Positions 10,256 to 21,341 of a DNA stretch of 64,000 nucleotides are shown in pieces (positions within the stretch are counted from its first letter, which is position 1; the number at the start of each line of letters is the position of its first letter). The stretch lies in contig CAMZHI010000001.1 of NCBI GenBank assembly GCA_947306755.1, positions 20,089 through 84,088 of the forward strand. Reading direction: 5' to 3'. The position numbers and the translations under genes were made by a program. The notes beneath the pieces are model-generated. The model searched no databases. It worked only from the letters and a program-made list of their open reading frames with translations, and was not told the DNA's origin. The DNA comes from an uncultured Clostridia bacterium. GTDB lineage: Bacteria > Bacillota > Clostridia > TANB77 > CAG-508.

Positions 10256-11182
10256 TTATCTTTTAGTATATTTTACACGAGATATCTGTGATATATCATT
10301 TTTATTATAAACTTTTACAGTTAATTTGTTCTCTCCATTTTCAAGAATAATATTTTTACTATATTCTGTTCCTTCTATATTTTCAGTAATTGTTTCATTT
10401 GAATTTAATGTAATCTCAACTTTAGATAATCCCTGTGTATCTTGTGCTTTTATAAAGAAACTTTGTCCATCTGTTGTAACCTCTACCTTAGGTTTGCTTA
10501 CTCCCATAACTTTTTGAGTTCTTACTGTTTCTTTTCCATTAATATCTATTGCCTTTATATTTAATATGTGTGTTCCTTCTAATGTTACATCTATCAATGT
10601 CTCATTTTTTATATCATTTATTGTTAGAACTGTTGTATTATCAACATCAGAATCCCAATAATACTCTATTTTATCAATATTAATTGTACTTTCTGTAATA
10701 GCTTTAACTTTACCCTCAACTGGAGTTAATGTAATTGCTGGTCCTTCTGCAACATCTATTACAGTTGAATATTCTGATGTAATATTATTTATATCTTTAG
10801 CAATTATCTTTATCTGATTACTTCCAGGTTTTAAAGTAAGTTGTTCTTTAACTTCAAGTTCGTTGTTAGTATTAATTGAAACATCTTCTTCTTCATTAAT
10901 TTTATATACTACACTTGATATTTCTTTGTCATGAATAACAACAATTTTAATACTATTAGAGTTTTGTCTTTCTATTGTAATAATTGGTTTTGTGCTATTA
11001 TTAATTAACAAATTATCATTTGTATTTCTGTCTAAAATTTTATGATATGAAAATGCACCTACACATGTTGTACCAATTCCAAATACTATTAGAAATAAAC
11101 AAAAAACTATTACAATTGTATTAATACTTGCTTTTTTATTATTTCTTTTTTTTTCTATTTCTACAGATAAAATTTGATTCAT
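10256..11182 (-). CDS. Membrane-anchored protein with repeated Ig-like/beta-rich extracellular modules
   Basis: N-terminal TM (IVIVFCLFLIVFGIGTTCVGAF) followed by repetitive T/I/N-rich beta-strand-like segments. Confidence 0.5.
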   Translation of the reverse strand: MNQILSVEIEKKRNNKKASINTIVIVFCLFLIVFGIGTTCVGAFSYHKILDRNTNDNLLINNSTKPIITIERQNSNSIKIVVIHDKEISSVVYKINEEEDVSINTNNELEVKEQLTLKPGSNQIKIIAKDINNITSEYSTVIDVAEGPAITLTPVEGKVKAITESTINIDKIEYYWDSDVDNTTVLTINDIKNETLIDVTLEGTHILNIKAIDINGKETVRTQKVMGVSKPKVEVTTDGQSFFIKAQDTQGLSKVEITLNSNETITENIEGTEYSKNIILENGENKLTVKVYNKNDISQISRVKYTKR

Positions 11183-11285
11183 TTAAATAACTCCTATTTA
11201 TTAAGTTTTATAATGCTTAATTTTACTAGTTTTTCAATATTGATTATAACATAACATTTTTTTAATGTAAATATTTTTACATAAT

Positions 11286-11315
11286 AAAAAGAGGAAATTT
11301 TACATTTCCTCTTTT
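11286..11315 (-). terminator. Terminator downstream of the giant surface protein gene
   Basis: AAGAGGAAAT/ATTTCCTCTT 10-bp stem with a flanking T-run on the minus strand. Confidence 0.5.
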
Positions 11316-11318
11316 AGT

Positions 11319-14300
11319 CTATAAAACATATTTCTTTATTGCAGTAATTCCTGTTCCTAGAACTATTAATATGACTAATCCAATAGTTGCATACATAACA
11401 ATATTGAAAACTAAACCTGTTTTAATTGAAAGTATTACTTTTGCATCATCTATATCATCTTCTCCTTCTTTTCTATTGTCTGGAGTAGAATCTCTATCTG
11501 GAATGCCTTCTTTATTGTAATCTTCTGAAATCTCAGCAACGTTTGTTTTTAGTCCTAAGTTGTTGCTACCATTTATCCATCTAAATATTACTTTAACTTC
11601 AGCGCTTTCACCTGGTTTTAATAATGTATTTTCAAGTAATCTAGTAGAAATAACGTTATTTCCTTCATCTTTCCATCCATTATTATCTTCTGCATAGAAT
11701 TTTAATCCTTCTGGAACATAATCTGTTATTTCTTTTGCATATCCTTCGATGTCCCCTTCGTTTGTTATTTTTATAGTATATCCAAATTTGACAACTGTAG
11801 AGTTTAATTTCTTTTTGTTTATTTCAACTTTTGGAATTATATCTTTACTGTTATCTCCAGTATTTCCAGTTTGAGTTGTAGTTGTCTTACCATCTTCTGT
11901 TACATATACTTCAGAAACATATTTTAATAAACTTAAATCAAATGTTTTAATTAATACAACTTCATAATCATCATCATCTTCATTTTTTTCATTTACATTG
12001 TTTGGTTTTGAATCAATATCATCATCTGGTATTGGATCACCATCTTTATTCTCATATCTAGTAATTTCTGCAACATTTACAATATTTGTATTTGTAGGAG
12101 CTTTATCATTTACTCTACATAAAACTTGTAAGTCTTGATAATCTAGTCCTGAACCATGTTTATCATCATTATCTCTATCAAATGCTTTTAAAATTTTGTC
12201 TGGATTAACATCATGTGATAAATATGTTGTTGAAATTGTTTTTCCATCTGATGCTACTGACCATCCAAAGTTTTTGTTAAATTCGCAATCCACATAATCT
12301 AAATATTCTGGTAAATGGTCTGTAACTTCTCCAGCATATACATCTGCTTGACCTTCATTATATACTCTTATATTATATAATACATAGCTTTGGGCTGGTA
12401 CAACTAATCCGTCTTTTATCATATGATAATCCGCATCATGACAATTTGGATCTTCTTTTAAATCTTTTGTAATAACTTCAGTTGCTCTATCATAAGGATT
12501 TTCTTTACTTCCAACACTACCATTTGGTGTTAAATATTCTCCATCTGAAATATCTGTATCATTACTTACTGCAGCAATAAATTTAGTTAATGCTAAATCT
12601 ACTATTGGCTTCTTTATTTCGATTACCTCGTAGTCCTCATCATCTTGGTCATATCTACCTTCAGGTTTTCCTTCTTTATTCTTTTTATCCTCTGGTAAGT
12701 TATCTGGTTGTGAGTCTCTATCTGTATTAATTTCATTTCCATTTTTATCTTCATATTTTGTTATTTCAGATGAGTTTACAAGTTTTGCTTTGTCTGGTGC
12801 TTTTGTATTTACTTTGCATAAGATTGGTAAATCTTTATAATCTAGACCAGAACCAAAATCATCATCATTATCTTTATCAAATGCTTTTAGAATTTTATCA
12901 GTTCCATTTTCTTTTGATAAATAATTAGTTGTTACAGTCTTACCATCTGATGATACTTTCCAACCATATGCTGTGTTAAATTCACCCTCTACAAATTCTA
13001 AATAATTTGGTAAGTAATCTTTAACTTCTCCAGCATATACATTAGTTGGTCCTTCATTATATACTCTTATATTATATAATACATAACTTTCAGCTGGTAC
13101 TGGATATGAATCTTTTACCATTGTATATTTTGCATCATCTTTTCCTTCTTTTAAAGGAGCTGTTTCAACTTTTGTTGCTCTATCATATGGATTTTCTTTA
13201 CTACCTATGTTTCCGTTTGGAGTTAAGTATTCTCCATTTTCTATTTTATCATCTTTACTAACAGCTGTTAAAAATTTTGTTAAAGCTAAATCTACTATTG
13301 GTTTCTTTATTTCAATAACTTCATAGTCTTCATCATCTTGGTCATATCTTCCTTCTGGTTTTCCTTCTTTATTCTTTTTATCTTCTGGTAAATTATCTGG
13401 TTGTGAATCTATATCTGTTTCAATTTCTTTTCCATCTTTATCTTCATATTTTGTTATTTCAGATGAATTTACTAACCTTGTTTTGTCAGGCGCATTTGTA
13501 TTTACTCTACATAAGATTGGTAAATCTTGATAATCTAAAAGTGAACCATTACCATTATCATTATCTTTATCAAATGCTTTTAAAATCTTATCTGCATTTT
13601 TTGCTTTTGATAAATAATCTGTTGTAACTGTTTTTCCATCTGATGCTACTTTCCAGCCATATCTATCATTAGCTTCTCCTTCAACAAAATCTAAATAGTT
13701 TGGTAAATAGTCTTTAACTTCTCCAGCATAAACATCTACATCACCTTCATTATATACTCTTATATTATATAGTACATAACTTTCAGCTGGTACTGATAAA
13801 GATGTTTTTACTTGAGTATAAATTGCATCATTTTCTCCATCTTTTAGAGGATTAGTATTTACTGCTGTTTGTCTTGTATATGGATTTGATGAACTTCCAG
13901 CATTAATATTTGTTCCATTATCTGTTAAATAGTCACCATCTTTAAATGGATACTTCTCACTAAAGGCTATTATAAACTTTGTAAGAGCTAAATCGACTCT
14001 TTCAAGTACTATATGATCATAGTCTTCATCATCTTGGTAATTTTTATCTCCATCTTTTCCAGGCCATTGATTTGTTTGTGAATCTCTATCAATAAAATCT
14101 CTATCTTGTATGATATTTCCTTCTTCATCTAATGTTGCTTTAGTAATAGCTGCTTCATTTCTAATTGGTTGTTCTACTGTTTTAAAATCCGCATTAACTC
14201 TTAATAAAACTTTTACACTTAATCTGTCTAATCCTGCTCCATCATAATTATTGTCTTTACTACTATCATAGGCTTTAAGAAATCCTGGTTTTCCAAAACC

Positions 14301-17018
14301 AATATCATCAGCGCCCCAGTTTGGCACATCACATGAAATACTTGTAGTCTCTTTTCCATTATATGAATCTGTTATAGGCTTATTATTTGTTGCATCAATA
14401 GACCATGATGAGTTCATTCCTATCAATTCATAAACTCCGCTAGAAACTTCTATTTCTTCCATATTTCCTTGTGAGTCATATTTAATAACAGTTTTTCCAT
14501 CTTTTGGTTCTTTTGCATATACAAATTCCAATCCTTCTGGTATATTGTCTGTTATTTTTTTAACATATCCGTCAACTTCGCCCTCATTATATACAGTAAA
14601 GTTATATAAGACATAATCTCCTGATTTTACCTTTATTGGTTTTTTATCTGGTTCAAATGTATAGTTAGCAGTTGTTTCATTTCCATTTGGTTTTAATTTA
14701 CTAGTGTTTATTATTGGAGCATTTCTACCTCTATCATCATCAAAGATTGTATCATCAAAAGCTAGGTCATCTGGAATTATTTCCTCAATATATTTTTTCA
14801 AAGCTAAGTCAAATTCTGCAGGTTTTACAACAACTATTTCAAAGTCATCATCATCTTCCATTCCAGGGAAGTAATCTCTATCATTGTTTGTATCATTATA
14901 TACATTTTTATTACTTGATCCATGATATCCTGTATACGTATCTCCTGTTGTATTTTGATTAGCTTGTGGTTTATTGTTTGTACTTGAATCTCTATCTTGT
15001 TCAACATCTAGATTTGTTTCTGTGTTATGTGCCTTAGAAATATATGCGATATTTGTTAAATAAGTATTTGTTGTTGTTGAAGGTTCTTGAACAACTTCAC
15101 AATCTATTTGAATTGTTTCACTATCTAAATTACCTTGTCCATTATATGCATCTATAGTTTTATCATTATCAGAATCTAATCTTGTAAAAATAATTGTATT
15201 ATTATTAGGGTTATATTCATATGAATAATTAATTTCTCCCGCTTTACATGTTCCTCTTGTTGTTCTATTTGCTGTAAATCCGCTAAGTGCAAGCCCTTGT
15301 GGTAATTTATCTACTATTGTTTTTGCATATCCATCCATTTCGCCTTCGTTATATACTGTAATTGAATATGTAACTATATCTCCTTTTTTTACAACTACTG
15401 GGTCTTTTCTGTGTTTATATGTAGCTGTATATGTATTTGGTATTGAGCTAGTATCAACATTCTCCATAGCTCTTACAGCAGAATATCCAGCTTCATTTAT
15501 AATTGCACCATTTGTTTTCTTTCCATTAATAGCTGTAATTCTCTTTCTTAGTGCTAAATCAAATACTTTTGGTTGTTCTGGAATTCTAGCTCTAACTGAT
15601 AATTCAAACGTAACTGGTTGAGGAGCAACTTCAACAATAGGTTGTTCTCCTACTGAATTGTTTACCCACATTATTTTAGTCGTAGTATTATAACTTCCTG
15701 TAAAAGTAATTGTTATTTCTGATACATTTGAACCACTTACCTTTGATTTTGGAATTGCAACATAAAAATCTTGTCCTATATAATTTGCAGTTTGTTGATC
15801 TGAAGCTCTATTTCCTTCAGCATTGGAAATATATGCACCTGTATTATTATCTCCATTTACAAAAATTTCGTTGTTTAATGTTGCTGGTCTATTTTCATCA
15901 ATTTTAATTGGCCCAACTACATAATAATTTGTATTGTTAACTGTTTTTTCAGCTATATTTGCTATATCAGGTGATATAGTTAAAGGATTACCTGTTGCTT
16001 GTGCTCCTGATGTTGCATAATTATCAGCTGCATCTATTAAATAACTTGTTATTATAGTAACTTGGTCTTCAACCCATTTTCCTAAATCAATAGTTTGATC
16101 ACCTACAGTAATTTTATCATGTACACCAATAGAAGTCCAATCTGTATATGGATCATCTCCGTTTAGTCCTTTATATAGTTGTACTTTAAAATCTTTAAAA
16201 TTAAAAGTTTGATTATTTGATGAATTATTTAATTTATAGTTTGTATAATACCATAAAGCAAGCTGTTGTGATATTCCTATTACATCATCTGTAATATCTA
16301 AACTAACATAATTGTCACTACTATCATAATAATTCCATCCCCCAGTTGCTATTTCCCAATCATTTAATTTGTTTATATAATTATATCCTTCTGATGGAAT
16401 ATACTTATATGCTTTTTTTGCATTATTAACATCTGCATATTCAATTCCAGCCATTGAAAGAAAGCTGTTTTTATTTGATGCCCCTGGAATATATAAATTT
16501 TCTAATATCCATAATATTTGATCTTTATATTCACCAGCAATACTTCTATATTCTTGCTGTGTATTGTTTGCCAAATTAGCAATTTCCTCTGAATCATTCA
16601 AATCATAATACTGTGTATATGAAGCTGGATCTCTAGTAGTAGCTTCTGGATTCATAGCATTGCTCCATGAATAGCCAAATAATGCATTTAAGCAGTAATA
16701 TGATGTATTATTTGGATTATTACCATCTGTTGGATAAATTTCAAAAATAGGATGTTGTCCAGTAGTATTGTTATTCCCATATATTGGTATTTTATATCCA
16801 TTTGTGGACTCTCCATTAACAATTCTAAAGTATGATAGTGCTAGACTTCTATCTCCATTTTTAACTGCTAAACTTGGTAACATCATTCCAATTCCTAAAA
16901 TAGCTACCATCATTACAATTATAATTCTAGCAATTGCTTTTTTCATTTTCATATAAATACCTTCCTTTATATATATTTCGCTATATTTTATTTTACTATT
17001 ATTAAAAACCTTTTGCAA
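11319..17018 (-). CDS. Giant cell-surface protein (1899 aa) with signal peptide, multiple DUF11/'conserved repeat domain' modules and a C-terminal TM anchor
   Basis: N-terminal signal/TM. Recurring YVLYNIRVYNEG(D/P)..VYAGEVKDYLPNYL and VTYSITVYNEGEMDGYAK modules. C-terminus GLVFNIVMYATIGLVILIVLGTG. Confidence 0.8.
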   Translation of the reverse strand: MQKVFNNSKIKYSEIYIKEGIYMKMKKAIARIIIVMMVAILGIGMMLPSLAVKNGDRSLALSYFRIVNGESTNGYKIPIYGNNNTTGQHPIFEIYPTDGNNPNNTSYYCLNALFGYSWSNAMNPEATTRDPASYTQYYDLNDSEEIANLANNTQQEYRSIAGEYKDQILWILENLYIPGASNKNSFLSMAGIEYADVNNAKKAYKYIPSEGYNYINKLNDWEIATGGWNYYDSSDNYVSLDITDDVIGISQQLALWYYTNYKLNNSSNNQTFNFKDFKVQLYKGLNGDDPYTDWTSIGVHDKITVGDQTIDLGKWVEDQVTIITSYLIDAADNYATSGAQATGNPLTISPDIANIAEKTVNNTNYYVVGPIKIDENRPATLNNEIFVNGDNNTGAYISNAEGNRASDQQTANYIGQDFYVAIPKSKVSGSNVSEITITFTGSYNTTTKIMWVNNSVGEQPIVEVAPQPVTFELSVRARIPEQPKVFDLALRKRITAINGKKTNGAIINEAGYSAVRAMENVDTSSIPNTYTATYKHRKDPVVVKKGDIVTYSITVYNEGEMDGYAKTIVDKLPQGLALSGFTANRTTRGTCKAGEINYSYEYNPNNNTIIFTRLDSDNDKTIDAYNGQGNLDSETIQIDCEVVQEPSTTTNTYLTNIAYISKAHNTETNLDVEQDRDSSTNNKPQANQNTTGDTYTGYHGSSNKNVYNDTNNDRDYFPGMEDDDDFEIVVVKPAEFDLALKKYIEEIIPDDLAFDDTIFDDDRGRNAPIINTSKLKPNGNETTANYTFEPDKKPIKVKSGDYVLYNFTVYNEGEVDGYVKKITDNIPEGLEFVYAKEPKDGKTVIKYDSQGNMEEIEVSSGVYELIGMNSSWSIDATNNKPITDSYNGKETTSISCDVPNWGADDIGFGKPGFLKAYDSSKDNNYDGAGLDRLSVKVLLRVNADFKTVEQPIRNEAAITKATLDEEGNIIQDRDFIDRDSQTNQWPGKDGDKNYQDDEDYDHIVLERVDLALTKFIIAFSEKYPFKDGDYLTDNGTNINAGSSSNPYTRQTAVNTNPLKDGENDAIYTQVKTSLSVPAESYVLYNIRVYNEGDVDVYAGEVKDYLPNYLDFVEGEANDRYGWKVASDGKTVTTDYLSKAKNADKILKAFDKDNDNGNGSLLDYQDLPILCRVNTNAPDKTRLVNSSEITKYEDKDGKEIETDIDSQPDNLPEDKKNKEGKPEGRYDQDDEDYEVIEIKKPIVDLALTKFLTAVSKDDKIENGEYLTPNGNIGSKENPYDRATKVETAPLKEGKDDAKYTMVKDSYPVPAESYVLYNIRVYNEGPTNVYAGEVKDYLPNYLEFVEGEFNTAYGWKVSSDGKTVTTNYLSKENGTDKILKAFDKDNDDDFGSGLDYKDLPILCKVNTKAPDKAKLVNSSEITKYEDKNGNEINTDRDSQPDNLPEDKKNKEGKPEGRYDQDDEDYEVIEIKKPIVDLALTKFIAAVSNDTDISDGEYLTPNGSVGSKENPYDRATEVITKDLKEDPNCHDADYHMIKDGLVVPAQSYVLYNIRVYNEGQADVYAGEVTDHLPEYLDYVDCEFNKNFGWSVASDGKTISTTYLSHDVNPDKILKAFDRDNDDKHGSGLDYQDLQVLCRVNDKAPTNTNIVNVAEITRYENKDGDPIPDDDIDSKPNNVNEKNEDDDDYEVVLIKTFDLSLLKYVSEVYVTEDGKTTTTQTGNTGDNSKDIIPKVEINKKKLNSTVVKFGYTIKITNEGDIEGYAKEITDYVPEGLKFYAEDNNGWKDEGNNVISTRLLENTLLKPGESAEVKVIFRWINGSNNLGLKTNVAEISEDYNKEGIPDRDSTPDNRKEGEDDIDDAKVILSIKTGLVFNIVMYATIGLVILIVLGTGITAIKKYVL
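11930..14010. repeat. Three tandem near-identical intragenic repeats of about 696 bp (about 232 aa each) inside the surface-protein gene
   Basis: Long stretches are near-identical at DNA level, e.g. TTCATCATCTTGGTCATATCT(A/T)CCTTC(A/T)GGTTTTCCTTCTTTATTCTTTTTATC at about 12640 and about 13335. Confidence 0.6.
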
Positions 17019-17301
17019 TAGGCTGTAAAATAAATAATTATATATTCTTTTAAATCGCCTACGGTTTGTAGGCTTTTAAAAATATTACATTTACCTTACA
17101 ATTATATTACATTTTTTTAACAAAATCAAGAGTTTATGTAAATATTTGTTGAATTTATTACATTTAATAAGTTTTTAGCTTTATATTATGTCTTATGTCT
17201 AATCTTCCTCTTTTCACTTTTTAACTCTCACCTCTATTCTCAAAACTTGTAATAATTTTCATAAAAATCTATATAATTATACAAATAATCCGGAGGTAAT
17301 A

Positions 17302-18541
17302 ATGAGAAAACATAAATGTTTTATAATTATAGTAATTTTAGTTATAATTCCATCTTTTTCTTTAGCTGATGATATTGAAGAATCATATATATTAAATTCA
17401 GATTATAATATCGAAGTTTCTTCAAATATTTCAACTGTTCCAATTATAAATGCAAAACATGCAATAATATTAGATAGAGCTTCTAAAACTATTTTGTATG
17501 GTAAAAAAGAAAATGAAATGTGTAAAATGGCATCTACAACCAAAATTATGACTGCTATAATTGTTTTAGAAAATAGCCCTAATCTAAACGAACATGTTAC
17601 AATTTCAAAAAAAGCAGCTCGGAACCGGAGGTTCAAGGCTTGGATTATCCACAAATGATACAATAACTGTTGAAAATTTACTTTATGGTTTAATGATGGT
17701 TTCAGGAAATGATGCTGCTGTTGCTCTTGCAGAATTTATAAGTGGAAACATTAAAAATTTTGCTAATCTAATGAATGCAAAAGCTCAAAGCCTTAATCTT
17801 ACATCCACTCATTTTATGTCCCCACACGGATTAGACCATAATGAACATTTTACAACTGCATATGATTTATCTTTACTTACAGATTATGCTTTACAAAATG
17901 AGACTTTCTTAAAAATTGTTAAAACAAAAAATTATTCCATACATATTAACAATCATTCTAAACAACTAAGTAATACAAATGAACTTTTAGGTTATTTAGA
18001 GGGTGTTTATGGGGTTAAAACAGGTTTTACAAATGGTGCTAATCGCTGTTTAGTAACTGTTTGTAAGCGAGGAGATTTAGATGTAATTTGCGTTGTTTTA
18101 GGATGTGATACTAAAAAAGATAGAACAAAAGATAGTATAAAACTTATAAATTATATTTTTAATAATTATTCAATAATCAATATCCAAGGCATTATTACAA
18201 CAGAATTTGAAAATTGGAAAACAAATAATCCAAATTATTATATAATAAATAAAAGTATTGAACAAAACCCCACTATTAATATTGATAAATCTCAAATTCC
18301 ATTTGAAAATATTGCAATAAATAATTCAGAAATAAATAATATTGATTTAAAAATATTCGTAGACTCATATCTTGAAGCTCCTGTTTTATCAGGTGATAAA
18401 GTCGGAAGTATTGATGTTCGATTGCCAAATAACTTAAGTTTTTCAGTTAATATATTAAGTAGTAACACTATAAAAAAGAAAAGCATATATTATTATACAA
18501 CTATGTTTTTAAAAGATTACTTTTCACTCTTGACTTTTTAA
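17302..18541 (+). CDS. D-alanyl-D-alanine carboxypeptidase (S11, PBP5/DacF-like), interrupted by a +1 frameshift at about 17620 (ORFs 17302-17658 and 17594-18541)
   Basis: The SxxK motif (ASTTK) is in the first ORF; the SGN (VSGND) and KTG (KTGFT) motifs are in the second. The junction is GCAGCT-C-GGAACC, where an extra C separates the frames. Confidence 0.8.
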
Positions 18542-18635
18542 TTTTTTTTTGCTAATATAAATAAGTAACTTTTGCATTAATTTTTTATTTAATCTTGATT
18601 TAGTATGCAACCGTTACTTTAAATCTTTATAAATT

Positions 18636-18709
18636 GCAGGTATAGTTTAGTGGTAAAACATGACCTTGCCAAGGTTAAGTTACGGGTCCGATTCCCGTTA
18701 CCTGCTCCA
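18636..18709 (+). tRNA. tRNA-Gly (anticodon GCC)
   Basis: Cloverleaf: acceptor GCAGGTA/TACCTGC, anticodon loop TTGCCAA, T-loop GGGTCCGATTCCC, encoded CCA. Confidence 0.85.
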
Positions 18710-18712
18710 AAT

Positions 18713-18786
18713 GGCGAGTTAGCCAAGCGGTAAGGCACGAGTCTGCAAAACTCTGATGATCGGTCCGACTCCGATACTCGCCTCCA
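18713..18786 (+). tRNA. tRNA-Cys (anticodon GCA)
   Basis: Acceptor GGCGAGT/ACTCGCC, anticodon loop CTGCAAA, encoded CCA. Lies 3 nt after tRNA-Gly. Confidence 0.8.
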
Positions 18787-18813
18787 AATGTGCGATACTA
18801 TGTACCGCAAGAG

Positions 18814-18856
18814 AAAACCACATTTTTGATATAAATCAAAAATGTGGTTTTTTTTG
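18814..18856 (+). terminator. Rho-independent terminator after the tRNA pair
   Basis: AACCACATTTTT...AAAAATGTGGTT 12-bp stem followed by TTTTTTTT. Confidence 0.65.
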
Positions 18857-18862
18857 GTTTTG

Positions 18863-18886
18863 CGGGCGATTAAAATCGCCCCTACA
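18863..18886. repeat. Family B GC-rich hairpin repeat (GCGGGCGATTAAAATCGCCCCTAC), copy 3
   Basis: Identical to the 3999-4022 copy. Abuts and overlaps the stop codon of the NUDIX gene. Confidence 0.6.
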
Positions 18887-19370
18887 TTTTCTCCAAAGCC
18901 ATTTCTAATAATTCATCTTTAATATCTAAGGAACATATATGTTTCATATTTTTTAATTCATTAATATTTACCCATTTTGCTTTTTTTGCATATTCTTTTT
19001 CTTCTTCACTAAATCCACTATCAGATATTTCACCATCAATGATACTTACTAGATAGAAAATCATATAGCTTTGATAATTTTTTTGAGTTTTTGGGTGATG
19101 AAAAAAAGATGTATAGACATTTAATAATTCAATAGGTTCAACTAAATATCCTGTTTCTTCTTTTATCTCACGCTTTAAAGTTTCAATATGAGTTTCACCC
19201 TTTTCAGCAGTTCCACCTGGGAAATCAAATCCATCAAATTGTGGGGAAATCAATATCTTTCCATCTTTAAAAGCAATTCCATAAATATGTACATCCATTT
19301 TTAGTGAGTCTATATTTACCTGATATTTATTTCTATAATAATCATAAACATTTATCATATTTAAGTTCAT
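18882..19370 (-). CDS. NUDIX hydrolase
   Basis: Nudix box GGTAEKGETHIETLKREIKEETGY (GX5EX7REUXEEXGU). Confidence 0.8.
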   Translation of the reverse strand: MNLNMINVYDYYRNKYQVNIDSLKMDVHIYGIAFKDGKILISPQFDGFDFPGGTAEKGETHIETLKREIKEETGYLVEPIELLNVYTSFFHHPKTQKNYQSYMIFYLVSIIDGEISDSGFSEEEKEYAKKAKWVNINELKNMKHICSLDIKDELLEMALEKM

Positions 19371-19389
19371 AAATTACATCCTTTTTGAT

Positions 19390-21150
19390 CTATTTAACCA
19401 ATTCTTTCATAGCTTCTTTTAGTTTTGCCAAATCCACCTCAGCTTTTTCATTTGTATCTGCTTTTATTCCCATATAAAGCTTAATCTTTGGCTCTGTACC
19501 AGAAGGTCTTACACAACACCAAGCATCATTTTCAAGTTCATAATATAACACATTTGATGTAGGAAGTCCTGTTTTAGATACCTCTCCTGTAATCATATTT
19601 TTAACAATATCTAGTTTTATGTCTTTAAATTCTAAAACTTTGTACTCTCCAATTTTTTCAGGTAAATTATTTCTCATATTTTCCATCATTTGTTTGATTT
19701 TTTCTGCACCACTTGCTCCTTCTAAAACAATAGCAACCTGAGTTTCTTTATAATAACCATATTTTTCATAAATATTAATCATTTGATCCCATAAAGTAAT
19801 TCCTTGTTCAGCATAGAAGCATGCCGCTTCACATAAACTCATTACAGCAGAAATTCCATCTTTATCTCTAGCATAATCACCAATTAAGCATCCATAACTT
19901 TCTTCAAAACCAAAAACATATTTTTTTCCATTTTCTTTTTGTTCTTCAATTTTGATTTGTTCACCAATATTTTTAAATCCAGTTAACACTTCTCTAAAGT
20001 CCAAATTGTATTCTTTAGCTATTGCTTTTGCAAGATTAGATGAAACTATTGTAGAAATAAACATACCATTTTGTGGCAATATTCCTTTTTCCTTCATTTG
20101 AGATATTCTATATTCTGCAATTAATAGAGCTGACATATTTCCTGTAAAATCCATATATTCTCCAGTTTTTGAGTCTTTTGCATAAATACCTAATCTATCT
20201 GCATCAGGATCATTTGCTAAAACTATATCTGCATCCACCTTTTTAGCTAAATTTAATGCTAATTTAAAAGCTTCTTTTGCTTCAGGATTTGGATAATCAA
20301 CAGTAGGGAAATCTCCATTCGGAAATTCTTGTTCTGGAACAACATATAAATTCTTAATACCTATTTCGCTTAAAATTCTTTTTGCAGTTTCTCCTCCTGC
20401 GCCATGAAGAGGTGTATATACAACTTTTATGTTCTCTCCTTGTTTTCTTACAATGTCTGGATTTATAACTCTTGATTTTAATTCTGCAATATATTTATCA
20501 TCTATTTCTTTTCCGATTGTATTAAATAAACCTTTTTGCTCAGCTTCTAATCTATCCATTTTCTTTATCATTTTATAATCTGTAATAGCTTTTACTTCAT
20601 TTGTTATATCTTTATCAACAGGTGCTATTATTTGAGATCCATCATCCCAATAAACCTTATATCCATTATATGCTGGTTTATTGTGACTTGCAGTTATCAT
20701 AACTCCTGCAGTACATCCTAATTGTCTTACGGCATAAGATAGTTCAGGAACTGGTCTTAACTCTTCAAATACATATGCTTTAATTCCATTAGCGTTTAAG
20801 ATTAATGCTGTTAATTCACTAAATTCTGGTGACATATGTCTAGAATCGTAACTTATAGCAACACCTTTATTTTGGGTACCTCTTTTTATAATATAATTTG
20901 CAAGGCCTTGTGTTGCTTTTCCTACTGTATATATATTCATCCTATTAGTACCTGCACCTATTATTCCCCTAAGCCCTGCTGTGCCAAATTCTAGTTCTTG
21001 GTAAAACCTATCTTCGATTTCTTTTTCATCATCTTTAATTTTCAATAATTCTTGTTTTGTAGTCTCATCAAATTCATCACTTTCACACCATTTTTTGTAT
21101 TCCTCTAAATAATTCATAAATTCACTCTCCTTTTCATTTTTTATAAACAT
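19390..21150 (-). CDS. Phospho-sugar mutase (phosphoglucomutase/phosphomannomutase, PgcA-like)
   Basis: 586 aa with the active-site serine motif TASHNKP and the GxGxxG and sugar-binding regions of the alpha-D-phosphohexomutase family. Confidence 0.85.
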   Translation of the reverse strand: MFIKNEKESEFMNYLEEYKKWCESDEFDETTKQELLKIKDDEKEIEDRFYQELEFGTAGLRGIIGAGTNRMNIYTVGKATQGLANYIIKRGTQNKGVAISYDSRHMSPEFSELTALILNANGIKAYVFEELRPVPELSYAVRQLGCTAGVMITASHNKPAYNGYKVYWDDGSQIIAPVDKDITNEVKAITDYKMIKKMDRLEAEQKGLFNTIGKEIDDKYIAELKSRVINPDIVRKQGENIKVVYTPLHGAGGETAKRILSEIGIKNLYVVPEQEFPNGDFPTVDYPNPEAKEAFKLALNLAKKVDADIVLANDPDADRLGIYAKDSKTGEYMDFTGNMSALLIAEYRISQMKEKGILPQNGMFISTIVSSNLAKAIAKEYNLDFREVLTGFKNIGEQIKIEEQKENGKKYVFGFEESYGCLIGDYARDKDGISAVMSLCEAACFYAEQGITLWDQMINIYEKYGYYKETQVAIVLEGASGAEKIKQMMENMRNNLPEKIGEYKVLEFKDIKLDIVKNMITGEVSKTGLPTSNVLYYELENDAWCCVRPSGTEPKIKLYMGIKADTNEKAEVDLAKLKEAMKELVK

Positions 21151-21341
21151 ATAATATCAATAAATAATAAAAAAAACAAGTATAATAAATAATTAAATTA
21201 AATCAGATTACCATCCAGTATAACATATTATTATGTATGGATACTGTATGGGTGATTTTCTCTACAATTTAAACATTATTCTGAACTGTAATTGGATTAT
21301 AAAAAAAGTAAGAAGTGATCTCTCATTTCTTACTTCATATC

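Noticed and set aside
13046-16956. Several 60-80-aa plus-strand ORFs inside the giant surface-protein gene
   Set aside because: They are antisense to a strongly supported 1899-aa CDS and have H/L/Y-rich low-complexity translations typical of reverse-strand artefacts.
18636-18709. Idea that a quadruplet-decoding tRNA-Gly could read the CGGA/CGGT sites
   Set aside because: The tRNA-Gly in the window has a normal 7-nt anticodon loop (TTGCCAA, anticodon GCC), so there is no evidence here for an expanded anticodon.
18619-18810. 63-aa ORF on the minus strand
   Set aside because: Lies entirely over the tRNA-Gly and tRNA-Cys genes. It is a spurious reading of structured RNA.
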